A DNA stretch of 64,000 nucleotides from assembly GCA_965220745.1 (NCBI GenBank), contig CBDCQT010000013.1:64001-128000 (forward strand). Direction: 5' to 3'. Numbering within the stretch: the stretch's first letter is position 1; each line of letters begins with the position of its first letter. Positions 9,099 to 19,054 of the stretch are shown here, in pieces. The notes below the pieces were generated by a model. The model searched no databases. It was not told where the DNA came from and saw only the letters and a program-made list of their open reading frames with translations. This DNA is from Alphaproteobacteria bacterium. Lineage in GTDB: Bacteria > Pseudomonadota > Alphaproteobacteria > UBA828. The translations under genes were made by a program, and so were the position numbers.

Positions 9099-9973
9099 AG
9101 CTGCTTCCTCACGTCGACCACGCTCATGATCCCGCCAACGATCATCAACAGCACAATGAGCAGCAGCACCGCGCTGGCACAGGCGAAGGGATATTGCAGC
9201 ACGTCCACCTGATTGCGCATGGACATGAGCACCGTGCCGGCCTGGCCGCCGCTCAGCACCCGGATCGAGACGAAATCGCCCATTACCAGCGCGACCACGA
9301 AGATCGTGCCGATCGCGATTCCCGGCTTGCAGAGCGGAACGATGATGTTGAAGAAGATTTGAATGGCGGAGGCGCCGGAATCGCGCGCTGCCTCGATCAA
9401 GGAGCGGTCGATTTTCGCCATCACGTTGAAGAGCGGCGCCACCATGAACAGCGTGTACATGTGCACGTAGGAGACGATCACCGCGAACTCGGAGAACAGC
9501 AGGAACTCGAGCGGATCGTCGATCACCCCGATGCCCTGCAACGCGCGGTTGAGCAGCCCTTCCTTACCGAGGAAGGGGATCCACGAGATCATGCGGACCA
9601 CGCCGGAGGTCCAGAACGGCACCACGCTCAGCAGGAAGAGAAAAATCTTCCAGCGGAACGCGATGATATCGAAGACGAAGTAGTAGCTAAGTATAAATCC
9701 GAACACTAAAGTAACAGCCCAGGTTATGGCCGCTATTTTGAACGTGGCCAAATACGCTTCTAACGTATTGAACGATGTGAAAATGCCTTCGTAATTGTCG
9801 GTAACGAAGCCGGGTTCCATGAAGAACCCGTTGAATATGTAGAAGCTGAAAATCAGGATGACGATGACCGGGCCGACCAGGAACAGAAGCAGCACCACGC
9901 TGAGCGGCGTGACCTGCAGCGCTGAGCTGTAGCGCTTGAGGTAAGGGGTCAGCGCGGCAACGGCACCGTTCAT
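9095..9973 (-). CDS. ABC transporter permease, PotB-like
   Basis: VPFWTSGVVR, EAA loop (LIEAARDSGA). ATGA overlap with the downstream permease. Confidence 0.92.
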   Translation of the reverse strand: MNGAVAALTPYLKRYSSALQVTPLSVVLLLFLVGPVIVILIFSFYIFNGFFMEPGFVTDNYEGIFTSFNTLEAYLATFKIAAITWAVTLVFGFILSYYFVFDIIAFRWKIFLFLLSVVPFWTSGVVRMISWIPFLGKEGLLNRALQGIGVIDDPLEFLLFSEFAVIVSYVHMYTLFMVAPLFNVMAKIDRSLIEAARDSGASAIQIFFNIIVPLCKPGIAIGTIFVVALVMGDFVSIRVLSGGQAGTVLMSMRNQVDVLQYPFACASAVLLLIVLLMIVGGIMSVVDVRKQL

Positions 9974-10140
9974 CGCGTGAGCGGACCCGCCTCAGGCGGC
10001 AGAGCCGGACGGAGCACGCGCTTGTGCGCCGCTCCGCCCGGACACCCCCGCTGCCGCCCCCGCCACGCGCCGAAGAGCCGGCATCGCGAGGGCGGCAAGA
10101 TCATCAAACGTACTCACAGTCGCGACCGAATCGCGCACCG

Positions 10141-11433
10141 CTAGGCCGTCAGGAACTCGTTCCAGCGCTGGATGACGTAGGCATTCTCCGCCATCGTCGA
10201 GTTCCAGATGGCGACCCGGCCCATGCGGTTCTTCCAGGAGCCGCCGTCGCGCACGGCGCCCGGTTTCTCCATGACGTTGCCGAAGGGATCCTTGATCTCG
10301 TTCACGGCAGGCTTGCCTTCGAACCAGAAATCCCATTCGTCGGCCGGCAGGTGCTGCCTGGTCTGCTCGGGAGTCGGCATGTAGTAGCCCTGGCGCGCGA
10401 AGAAGGCGCCGGCTGGGCCCGAGTAGTACCAGTCGAAGAAGTCGTAGACCGCGCCCAGCTTCTTGCCTTCGACGAATTTCGACAACAGGAAGCCGATACC
10501 CCAGGAGCGGTAGCCCTCGTCCAGGTCGCTGTAAATGCAGGGCACCCCCTGGGAGCGGACCGCCGTCACCGCCGGCGACCACATCGACTGGATCACGACC
10601 TCACCGGAGAGCATCAGGTTTACCGACTCGCTGAAGGTCCCCCAGAACGCGCGGAAGTGGCCCTTCCGCTTGAGCTCGATCAGGAAATCGATGGTCGTAT
10701 CGATCTCGTCACGGGTCATGTTGCCCTTGTTGCCGTAGGTCATCATGCCCTGGGCCTCGATCGCCATGGCGAGGTCCATGAGGCCGATCTGCGGGAAGTT
10801 CTGCAGCGCCGCCCGGCCCTCGAACTCGGGGTTGATGAACTCCGCCCATGACGTGATCGGCCGGCCAATCAGGTCGGGCCGGATGCCGAGGGTGTCGGCA
10901 TTGTGGTTGGTCGGAATCATGGTGAGCCACTGGGTCTCCGGCTCGACGAAATCGCGGCTGTCGATGGCGGAGGTGTACTGCACCTGGGTCGGGTGCTGCC
11001 CCTGCCCATACCAGGCATCGGGCCAGATCTTGCCCTCCTTCTTGTAGAGGCCGATCGCCTGATCCCAATAGGCGAGCTTGGTAGTGTCGACCGCCTGGAA
11101 GTTCCCGGTCGGCCAGATGGCGTTGATCTGCTGATAGGCCGGCTCGACCGTGTCGAAGGAGCGCGGCTGGGTGGCCGCGCGCTGGCCCAAGGTGGCGAAA
11201 TCGACCACCGTCTGCAGGATCTGGAAGCCGAGCGCCTCCTCGGCCATCAGTTCCAGTTCCTTGATGTGGGACACCGCGGAGCCCAGCATGTGGATCTCGA
11301 TGTCCTCGATGTCCTGCGCCCAGATGGTGGGGAAACCACCAAGCGCCGTTGCAGCAACGGCCGCGGCGCTGCCTTTCAAGGCCGAACGCCGGGTAATGGA
11401 TGGAAGAAGCTTCGTCGAACGTGATTTTTTCAT
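10141..11433 (-). CDS. Tat-exported ABC solute-binding protein, PotD/PotF-like
   Basis: Twin-arginine TRRSALK signal, NADTLGIRPDL, QSMWSPAV. Lies upstream of two Pot-type permeases. Confidence 0.88.
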   Translation of the reverse strand: MKKSRSTKLLPSITRRSALKGSAAAVAATALGGFPTIWAQDIEDIEIHMLGSAVSHIKELELMAEEALGFQILQTVVDFATLGQRAATQPRSFDTVEPAYQQINAIWPTGNFQAVDTTKLAYWDQAIGLYKKEGKIWPDAWYGQGQHPTQVQYTSAIDSRDFVEPETQWLTMIPTNHNADTLGIRPDLIGRPITSWAEFINPEFEGRAALQNFPQIGLMDLAMAIEAQGMMTYGNKGNMTRDEIDTTIDFLIELKRKGHFRAFWGTFSESVNLMLSGEVVIQSMWSPAVTAVRSQGVPCIYSDLDEGYRSWGIGFLLSKFVEGKKLGAVYDFFDWYYSGPAGAFFARQGYYMPTPEQTRQHLPADEWDFWFEGKPAVNEIKDPFGNVMEKPGAVRDGGSWKNRMGRVAIWNSTMAENAYVIQRWNEFLTA

Positions 11434-11652
11434 CGCTTCGTCTCCCGCCAGCTAGTGCTGCGGCGCTGACGCCTGCGGGTCGCTACGGCCCGCGGCCGCG
11501 CTCTCGCCTCCCCGCGGCCGGCTTCGCTTGTTTTCCGGCGGCATCTTTGCGCCGCCACGCGCGATCCCGACCGCGACTGACGAAAGTATTCCCCAGAGGC
11601 GCGCGCCAAGCAAGACGCGCGCGCGGTCCGAAGGCGCCCGCCGAAACCGCGC

Positions 11653-13413
11653 TCAAGCCTTCGTACGGCGAAGCGCGGTGCGGAGCGCCACGGTCGCTGC
11701 CTCGTCAACGGTCAGCGAGTCGTCCAGGACCACGCCGTAGCTCTCGCGCGCCTCGGCGGCCGTGTAGAAGCCGTCGGCCACGTCGTCGGACACCAACGCG
11801 GCCGAGCGATCGAGCGGGTCGCCGTAGCCGCCGCCGCCCGGCGTGTAGACGGCGATGCAGTCGCCGGCCTCGGTCGGCGTCGCCGGCACCTTGGCCGGCC
11901 AACTCTCCACCTCATCCGGCGCCGCGGCGTTCCATTTCTCGAGCCTGCCGACGGTGCCGGGCGCACCGCCCCGGAAGCCCCAGGGCACATCCTCGTGCCG
12001 GTCCGCCTCGTGGACGACGTAGCCTGGCGTGAGGAAGCGCTGCACCTTGACGATGCCGAGCCCGCCGCGATGGCGCCCGGCGCCCGGCGCCACATCGTCT
12101 CGAAGCTCGTAGCGGTCGCAGATCAGAGGCAGGTGCATGCCGAGATCCTCGATCGGGTTGTTACGGGTGTTGCGCATCAACTCGTCGATCGAATCCGGAC
12201 CGTCGGAGGCCGGACGCCCGCCATAGGCGGACTCATTGATCTCGACCAGAATCCAATAGTCGCCGCTGGGCCGCACGCCGGAATAGGCGAAGGCCGAGAG
12301 GGTCGCGCCGCAGCCGGCCGTCACCTTGTCCGGGATCGCCGGCGCGAGCGCCTTGCTGATGAGGTCGACCAGGCGCTGGCACTGGGCGAAGCGCGATTGG
12401 CAGGCGGCCGGAAACTTCGGGTTGAAGATCGAGCCTTCGGGCGAGACCACCTCGATCGGGCGGAACGAGCCCTGGTTCTGGGGAATGTATTCAGTGGTGG
12501 TGCTCGTATCGAGCAGGAGCGCGCGGAACGCGAAATAGCACGTCACCTTGGTCGAACCCTCGAAGGGGACGTTGTAGGCGGTCGCCACCTGAGCCGCGGA
12601 GCCGGTCGTGTCGACCACCGCCGAATCGTCCCTGATCCGCACGGTGACTTTGACCGGCAGGCGGACCTCCCGGTTGACGCCGTCGTCGTCCAGAAAGCCT
12701 TCGGCGACATAGTCCCCGTCGGGAATCTCCCGGATGCGCCGGCGCAGCATCCGCTCCGAATAGTCCATCAATTCGGCCGTGGCGGCTTCAAGCGTCACCT
12801 TTCCGTAGGTTTCGTACAGCTCCTGGAAGCGGCGGACTCCCAGCTGGGCGGAGGCGACCTGCGCCTCGATATCGCCCAGCACGTCACGCGGCACGCGCGT
12901 GTTGGTCTCGATGTGCTGCCAGAGCGCGCGGTTCAGCTTATCTTCCTCGTAGAGCTTCACGCCCGAGAAGAGCATGCCCTCGGCGAACACGTCCGGAATG
13001 TCGATGACGATGCCCGGAGTCGCGGCGCCGAGGTCGACATGATGCGCCGTGTTGGCCGAGAAGCCGACCAGCTCGTCCTCGTAAAACACCGGTGCGATGC
13101 AGCAGATGTCCGGCACATGGCTCGCGCCGCGATAGGGATGGTTGTGCAGCACGACATCGCCGGGCCGCCATGTGCCGTGCATGGTGCGCTCGGCGCCCCG
13201 CAGATAGCCGGGGATCGAGCCGATATGCATCGGCGTCGAATCCGATTCGCAGAGCGTGTTGAAGTTGCGGTCGAAGAGCCCGGCGCCGAGATCCTCCGAT
13301 TCCCGGATGATCGTGGAGTAGGACATGCGGTAGAGCATGTGGCCCATCTCCTTCGCGATCGTATGCAGGGCGCCGCCGATCACCTGCACGGTGATGGGGT
13401 CGACGTTCGCCAT
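11653..13413 (-). CDS. hyuB: Hydantoinase B / oxoprolinase family subunit (solo copy)
   Basis: DPIT..., YSTIIRESED, HNHPYRGASHVPD, AHHVDLG, TPGGGGYGDP. Probable start MANVDP at 13413. Confidence 0.88.
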   Translation of the reverse strand: MANVDPITVQVIGGALHTIAKEMGHMLYRMSYSTIIRESEDLGAGLFDRNFNTLCESDSTPMHIGSIPGYLRGAERTMHGTWRPGDVVLHNHPYRGASHVPDICCIAPVFYEDELVGFSANTAHHVDLGAATPGIVIDIPDVFAEGMLFSGVKLYEEDKLNRALWQHIETNTRVPRDVLGDIEAQVASAQLGVRRFQELYETYGKVTLEAATAELMDYSERMLRRRIREIPDGDYVAEGFLDDDGVNREVRLPVKVTVRIRDDSAVVDTTGSAAQVATAYNVPFEGSTKVTCYFAFRALLLDTSTTTEYIPQNQGSFRPIEVVSPEGSIFNPKFPAACQSRFAQCQRLVDLISKALAPAIPDKVTAGCGATLSAFAYSGVRPSGDYWILVEINESAYGGRPASDGPDSIDELMRNTRNNPIEDLGMHLPLICDRYELRDDVAPGAGRHRGGLGIVKVQRFLTPGYVVHEADRHEDVPWGFRGGAPGTVGRLEKWNAAAPDEVESWPAKVPATPTEAGDCIAVYTPGGGGYGDPLDRSAALVSDDVADGFYTAAEARESYGVVLDDSLTVDEAATVALRTALRRTKA

Positions 13414-13532
13414 GGCGCGTGCCTCCCGTTCGACCTCGCCGGCTAGGCTAGAGAGCGGCCGGCGCCGAATCAAACCCGTCGCCCCTAGCCCTGCCGTGGC
13501 ATACCATGAGCAGGCAACGGAGGGAGACAGCG

Positions 13533-14219
13533 ATGCCGCTGGATGACGACGTTCGCAAAGCGCTCGACACCATCTTCTCCGGCGACGCCGGGCTCTACCA
13601 GAAGCGCGGCTGGAACCAGCGCTCGGGCTTCGGCACGCGGCCTGCGCTCCTCAACATCGACCTCGCCAACGCCTGGACCCGTCCGGGCTATCGCTTCTCC
13701 TGCGATGATATGGACCAGCAGATCATCCCCGGCGTGCAGCGCTTGCTCGAAGCCGCGCGGGCCAAGCAGGTGCCGATCATCTACACCACCACCGCCTTCT
13801 GCAGCCGCTTCGACATGGGTGCCTTCCCGCTCAAGACGCCATTCGAGGACCTCATGCTGGGCACGCCTGCGTGCGAGATCGACGACCGCATCCCGCCGGA
13901 GGAGGGCGTCGACACGGTGATCGTGAAGAAGAGGCCGAGCGCCTTCGCCGGCACCCATCTCGGCGGCATCCTGCGTGCCGGCGGCATCGACACATTGATC
14001 TGCACCGGCGTCACCATGGCCGGCTGCGTCAGGCATACGGTGGAAGACGCGCTGGGCGAGGGGTTCCGCACCGTCGTGGTGCGCGAATGCGTCGGCGACC
14101 GCGTGCCCGCGGCAGTCGAGTGGAACCTGTTCGACATCGACATGAAGTATTGCGACGTCGAACCGCTCGATCGGGTGCTGGCCTACCTGGACGATCTGGA
14201 ACCCTTCGCCAACCGGTAG
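13533..14219 (+). CDS. N-carbamoylsarcosine amidohydrolase (isochorismatase/cysteine hydrolase family)
   Basis: IDLANAWTRPG, KKRPSAF, GCVRHTVEDA and GDRVPAAVEWNLFDID closely match my recollection of Arthrobacter CSHase. Asp-Lys-Cys triad present. Confidence 0.88.
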   Translation: MPLDDDVRKALDTIFSGDAGLYQKRGWNQRSGFGTRPALLNIDLANAWTRPGYRFSCDDMDQQIIPGVQRLLEAARAKQVPIIYTTTAFCSRFDMGAFPLKTPFEDLMLGTPACEIDDRIPPEEGVDTVIVKKRPSAFAGTHLGGILRAGGIDTLICTGVTMAGCVRHTVEDALGEGFRTVVVRECVGDRVPAAVEWNLFDIDMKYCDVEPLDRVLAYLDDLEPFANR

Positions 14220-14285
14220 CGGCGCGGCGGGCGCGTTCGGCGGGCCGAGTGGGAACTGAGCGTTACCGACCGAGGTTATGCGTCG

Positions 14286-16343
14286 ATGGCGTATCGGCTG
14301 GGAGTCGACGTGGGAGGCACCTTCACGGACGTGCTCCTGATCAACGAAGAAGACAGCAGCTTTCGCGTCGCCAAGGTTCCGTCCACCCCCGCAGACTCAT
14401 CGATCGGCGTGCTCAACGGCATCGCGCGCGTTTGCGAGTTGGCCGACATCCGGCCCGGCGCGATTCAGAACGTGATGCACGGGACCACGGTCGCGACCAA
14501 CGCGATCCTCACCGGCAAGGGCGCGCGCGTCGGCCTGGTCACGACGAAGGGCTATCGGCACGTCCTGCAAATCGCCCGCTCCTTCGTTCCGGGCGGCCTC
14601 GGCGCCTGGGTCATCTTCAACAAGACGCCGCCTCTCGCGCCCCTGGCGCTGACCGTGGAAGCGCACGAGCGGATCGACGCCAGAGGCGAGATTGTCGAGA
14701 CACTGGACGAGGATGAGCTGCGCGAATCGCTGCGATCGCTCAAGCAAAAGGGAATCGACGCGCTCACAATTTCGCTGATCAATTCCTACACCGACGACTC
14801 GCATGAGAAGATCGCCGGCCGCATCGCGGCGGAGGAGCTGCCCGACATTCCGATCTCGCTCTCCTCCCAGGTGATCCCCGAGATGCAGGAGTACGAGCGC
14901 ACGATCACGACGGTCTGCAATTCCTATGTCCGCCCGATCGTTTCCCGGTACGTGCGCAACCTGAGCCGGGAGCTCGGCACGATATCGGGCGACGTGAATC
15001 TGCACATCCTGCGCTCGGACGGAGGCCTGACCTCCCCCGTCGGCGCCGAAACGGTTCCCGTCAACCTGCTGATGAGCGGCCCCGCCGGCGGCGTCACCGG
15101 CGCGCTCTGGATCGCGCGGCAGGCCGGGTTCGACAACCTCCTCACCTTCGACATGGGCGGCACCTCGACGGATGTCTGCCTGGTCAGGGACGGAGTCGCG
15201 CAAATCCGGCGCGAGACGACCGTCGGCGATCTCACGGTGCGCGCATCGTCGGTTGACGTGCGCTCCGTCGGCGCGGGCGGCGGCTCGATCGCCCACGTGC
15301 CCGAGCTGACCAAAGCGCTTCGCGTGGGGCCTGCCAGTGCCGGCGCCGATCCCGGCCCAGCCGGCTACGGCAAGGGTGGCACGGAGCCGACCGTGACCGA
15401 CGCGAATGTCGTGCTCGGCCACTTGCCCGAAGCCTCGCTGCTCGGCGGCGACCTCGCCATCGACAGGGCGAAGTCGGCGGACGCAGTCGGCAAGGTCGCG
15501 AACGCGCTCGGTTTTTCGACGGAGCGGGCCGCCGCGGGCATCTACAACATCGTCAACGAGACCATGATCGGCGCGCTGCGCCTCGTTTCCGTGCAGCAGG
15601 GCTTCGACCCGCGTGACTTTGCACTGGTCGCGTTCGGCGGCGCCGGCCCGATGCACGCCAACGCGCTGGCGCGGATCCTCGGGTGCTGGCCGGTGATCGT
15701 GCCGCCGAGCCCCGGCGTACTCTGCGCCTACGGAGACGCGACGACGCGTACCAGGGACGAAGCGTCGCGCAGCCTCATGCGGCGGATGTCGGAGACCGGC
15801 AGGGCGGACGTGCTGGCGATCCTGGAGGAGTTGGCGGAACAGGCCGCGAGGTCCCTGGATGACGAGGGCATCCCCCGCGCCGAGCAATCCGCGCATTTCG
15901 AGATCGACGTGCGCTATGCCGGGCAGGTGCTTCATCTGACGGTGACCGTGGAGATGGAGGAGCTTCGGCGCAGCGGACTCGGCTGCATCGAAGCGGCATT
16001 CGACGAGCTGCACGAACGTCTCTACACCTTCGCGCTCGACATGGATCGGGAGATCATCAACCTGCGCGCCATCGTGCAGGGCAAGGAGACACCGCTCAGT
16101 GCGCCGCGCCTGGCGGCCGGAACGCGCGATGCCTCCGCCGCGCAGGCCGGAAGCCAGACCGTATACGTGGATGGCGCCCATCGCGACGTGCCGGTCTATG
16201 ACCGCGCCAGGCTCCTCGCCGGCAATGTCATCGAGGGGCCGGCCATCGTGATGCAGCTCGACTCCACCACCGTGCTGCTGCCCGACCACGACGGTGAAAT
16301 CGACGCGATCGGAAACATCCTGATCCACCCGCGGGCGGGGTGA
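14286..16343 (+). CDS. hyuA: Hydantoinase A / oxoprolinase family, ATP-binding subunit (N-methylhydantoinase A-like)
   Basis: GVDVGGTFTD, HGTTVATNA, SGPAGG, DMGGTSTD, GAGGGSIA, AFGGAGPMHA. Confidence 0.93.
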   Translation: MAYRLGVDVGGTFTDVLLINEEDSSFRVAKVPSTPADSSIGVLNGIARVCELADIRPGAIQNVMHGTTVATNAILTGKGARVGLVTTKGYRHVLQIARSFVPGGLGAWVIFNKTPPLAPLALTVEAHERIDARGEIVETLDEDELRESLRSLKQKGIDALTISLINSYTDDSHEKIAGRIAAEELPDIPISLSSQVIPEMQEYERTITTVCNSYVRPIVSRYVRNLSRELGTISGDVNLHILRSDGGLTSPVGAETVPVNLLMSGPAGGVTGALWIARQAGFDNLLTFDMGGTSTDVCLVRDGVAQIRRETTVGDLTVRASSVDVRSVGAGGGSIAHVPELTKALRVGPASAGADPGPAGYGKGGTEPTVTDANVVLGHLPEASLLGGDLAIDRAKSADAVGKVANALGFSTERAAAGIYNIVNETMIGALRLVSVQQGFDPRDFALVAFGGAGPMHANALARILGCWPVIVPPSPGVLCAYGDATTRTRDEASRSLMRRMSETGRADVLAILEELAEQAARSLDDEGIPRAEQSAHFEIDVRYAGQVLHLTVTVEMEELRRSGLGCIEAAFDELHERLYTFALDMDREIINLRAIVQGKETPLSAPRLAAGTRDASAAQAGSQTVYVDGAHRDVPVYDRARLLAGNVIEGPAIVMQLDSTTVLLPDHDGEIDAIGNILIHPRAG

Positions 16344-16356
16344 GCGAGGGACGACC

Positions 16357-18255
16357 ATGCCGGCGACCGTGATCGAGAGCAATCACACCCCGTTCAGCCG
16401 GGTCGAGGTCGACCCGGTCGATCTCGACATCATCGAGAACGCGCTGCGCAACGCGCGGCACGAAATGGATGCCGTTCTCTTCCGCACCGCCATGTCGCCC
16501 GGAATCAGAGAGCAGCACGACGAGTTCCCCCTGATCGCGAATCGTGATGGCAAGATGGTGGTCGGGCAGTTTGGCGCCTTCATCAACGTGTTTCTCAACT
16601 CCTACGAAGGCGAGATTCACGAGGGCGATGTCTTTCTCACGAACGATCCCTATTCCTGCGACGGCGCCATCAGCCACACGCCCGATTGGCTGGTGCTGCT
16701 GCCGATCTTCAAGAAGGGCCGGGTGATCGGCTGGGCCGCGATGTTCGGCCACATGACCGATACGGGAGGCCGCGTTCCCGGCAGCATGCCGACGGACGCT
16801 CAGCAGATATTCGAAGAGGGCATCATTATTCCACCGACCAAGATATATCGGCGCGGTGAACGCCAGGACGAAATCCTGCAACTGATCTTGCACAACTGCC
16901 GCATGCCGCACTGGAACCGGAGCGATCTTGATGCGTTGATCGCGGGCTGCCGCCTCGCGGCGATACGCGTCATCGAGCTGTCGGACCGCTTCGGTGACGA
17001 CACGTACCATTCCGCATTGGAAGAGTTGTTGGAGCGCACGCGCCGGGCAATGCGCCACATCATTCTGACGGGAATTTCGGAGGAAAAGCAGTATTTCGAA
17101 GACTATTTGGATGACGACGGCGTCGGCATGGGCCCCTACAAGATTGCCTGCTCCCTATGGCGCGAAGGCGACAAGATGATCCTCGATTTCGAGGGAACCG
17201 ATCCGCAGTCGCAAAGCTCGATCAATTTCTATTGCAACGAAGAAATGACCAAGATGCATTGCGGGGTTTTCCTCATCATGCTCGCGGACCCGCAGATTCT
17301 TTTCAACGACGGCTTCTACGATCTGATGGACGTGCGCATCCCCGAGGGGACGCTGTACAAGCCCATCAAGCCTGCGGCGCTCTCCTGCCGCACCCATGGC
17401 CTGGCGCGCTGCATGGACGTGCTCGCCGGGCTGTTCGGGCAGAGCAACCCTGACTACATGTGCGCGGCTGGATTCTCGGCCAGCCCGCATTTCCTGTACT
17501 CGGGCTACGATTCCCGCGGCGAGTGGTTTCAGCTCTTTCACATCGCGTTCGGCGGCATCGCCGCCGCACCCTCGGGCGACGGTGCCGATGGCCATGGCAT
17601 GTGGCCGGACTTCACCAACGTGCCTTGCGAATACCTCGAAGCGATTTGCCCGCTGCGCATGGACGCCCACGAGGTGATCCCGGATTCCGGGGGAGCCGGG
17701 CTTCACCGCGGCGGCAACGGCGTGCACACCGCCTACCGCATCCTCAATGCAGGCGACGTTTCCATTCACGACGACCGCTGGCTCTCTTACCCGTGGGGCG
17801 TGCGGGGCGGGCTGCCCGGTGCGCGAAGCCGGAAGTACGTTGAGCGCACGGACGGGACGATCGAGGTTCTTCCCTCGAAGTGCGACCGCGTGCGGGTCGA
17901 GCCGGGGGATGTCGTGCACTACTGCACGTGGGGCGGCGGCGGCTGGGGCGATCCGCTGGAGCGGCCGGTCGAGCAAGTGGCGTTCGACGTCGAGGCCGGC
18001 CTCGTCACGACCGCAGGCGCGCGACGTTACGGCGTGGTCATGGGCGAGGAGTCTGCCGTCGACGAGGAGGCCACGCGGGCGCTACGCGAGAGCATGCGGC
18101 TGGAGCGGGGCAACCCCGACCTCTTCGACATGGGCGGCGACATCGACGAGATCGTGGCCCGCTGCGAGGAGGAGACGGGGCTTCCAGCGCCGCGCCCGCC
18201 CGAGTTCGCCCCGTGGGCACTGGCGACTCGGGAGCGTGCTCGCGACGAGGCGTGA
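16357..18255 (+). CDS. hyuB: Hydantoinase B / oxoprolinase family subunit (N-methylhydantoinase B-like)
   Basis: AMSPGIREQHD, NDPY...SHTPD, GHMTDTGG, DSGGAGLHRGG, GGGGWGDP. Directly follows hyuA. Confidence 0.93.
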   Translation: MPATVIESNHTPFSRVEVDPVDLDIIENALRNARHEMDAVLFRTAMSPGIREQHDEFPLIANRDGKMVVGQFGAFINVFLNSYEGEIHEGDVFLTNDPYSCDGAISHTPDWLVLLPIFKKGRVIGWAAMFGHMTDTGGRVPGSMPTDAQQIFEEGIIIPPTKIYRRGERQDEILQLILHNCRMPHWNRSDLDALIAGCRLAAIRVIELSDRFGDDTYHSALEELLERTRRAMRHIILTGISEEKQYFEDYLDDDGVGMGPYKIACSLWREGDKMILDFEGTDPQSQSSINFYCNEEMTKMHCGVFLIMLADPQILFNDGFYDLMDVRIPEGTLYKPIKPAALSCRTHGLARCMDVLAGLFGQSNPDYMCAAGFSASPHFLYSGYDSRGEWFQLFHIAFGGIAAAPSGDGADGHGMWPDFTNVPCEYLEAICPLRMDAHEVIPDSGGAGLHRGGNGVHTAYRILNAGDVSIHDDRWLSYPWGVRGGLPGARSRKYVERTDGTIEVLPSKCDRVRVEPGDVVHYCTWGGGGWGDPLERPVEQVAFDVEAGLVTTAGARRYGVVMGEESAVDEEATRALRESMRLERGNPDLFDMGGDIDEIVARCEEETGLPAPRPPEFAPWALATRERARDEA

Positions 18256-18316
18256 AGTTGGAGCTGGGCCGCCGCGAGAGCCGCACAGCAACCTGGGTCG
18301 GGGTGTGTGGGGGTGT

Positions 18317-19054
18317 TTACGCCGCCCGCTCGTTGCCCAGAAATCTGGCGGCGAAGCGGGGGTAGACCTCAGCGAGGTTCGCGCCCACGGGTCCGCGGAT
18401 CAGCGCCATGGTCTCCGCGCTCGGGGCAGGGGTGACGGGTGGGTCGTCGGCGACGTCGAAGGTGAAGCCGGTAGCGTCGCGCACGTCGTCGAGGCTGTGG
18501 CCGGGGTGCAGCGAGGCGACGCGGAAGCGCCCGCGCGCCGCATCGAAGCGGAAGACGCAGCGCCCGGTGACCAGCGCGTAGGGCCCGCCCGGCCGGTAGA
18601 CCTCGGGCGGGCTGGTGCCCGGCGCGCTGATGAAATCCACCTTCTCCACCAGCGTGCGGGGCGTGTGCTCGACTCGGAAGAGGATCACGCGCGGCACCAC
18701 GAAGTAGAGGTAGGCGGAGCCGTAGGAGCCGGGGAAGCGCCTGTCTGCCGCTGGGTGCGGGCCGGTGCCAATCAAGTTGATGTTGGCGCTGCCGTCGATC
18801 TGCACCCCGCCCAGGAAGAAGGCGTCGATGCGGCCCTGGCCGGCGCGGTCGAAGAGCTCGCGTCCGCCGTCGGTCATGTCGCTCTGCGCCCCACTGCCGA
18901 GCACGCTCACCTCCGGCCGACCGCCGCCCCGCTCGCGCGCGAGCCACGCGGCCGCAGCGGGAATCGGCGAGGAGGCCCCGACCGCCACCCGCCCGAGCCC
19001 TTCGAGCATCCCGGCGATGACGTCGATGAGGAGCGCGACTTTGCTGGGACTCAT
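18317..19054 (-). CDS. Family I CoA-transferase-fold beta subunit (GctB-like)
   Basis: FFLGGVQIDGSANIN, FPGSYGS, LVEKVDFISAPG, VTGRCVFRFD. Confidence 0.85.
   Translation of the reverse strand: MSPSKVALLIDVIAGMLEGLGRVAVGASSPIPAAAAWLARERGGGRPEVSVLGSGAQSDMTDGGRELFDRAGQGRIDAFFLGGVQIDGSANINLIGTGPHPAADRRFPGSYGSAYLYFVVPRVILFRVEHTPRTLVEKVDFISAPGTSPPEVYRPGGPYALVTGRCVFRFDAARGRFRVASLHPGHSLDDVRDATGFTFDVADDPPVTPAPSAETMALIRGPVGANLAEVYPRFAARFLGNERAA

Noticed and set aside
18294-18316. G-rich run between convergent hyuB and CoA-transferase genes as a G-quadruplex
   Set aside because: Only three clear G-tracts.
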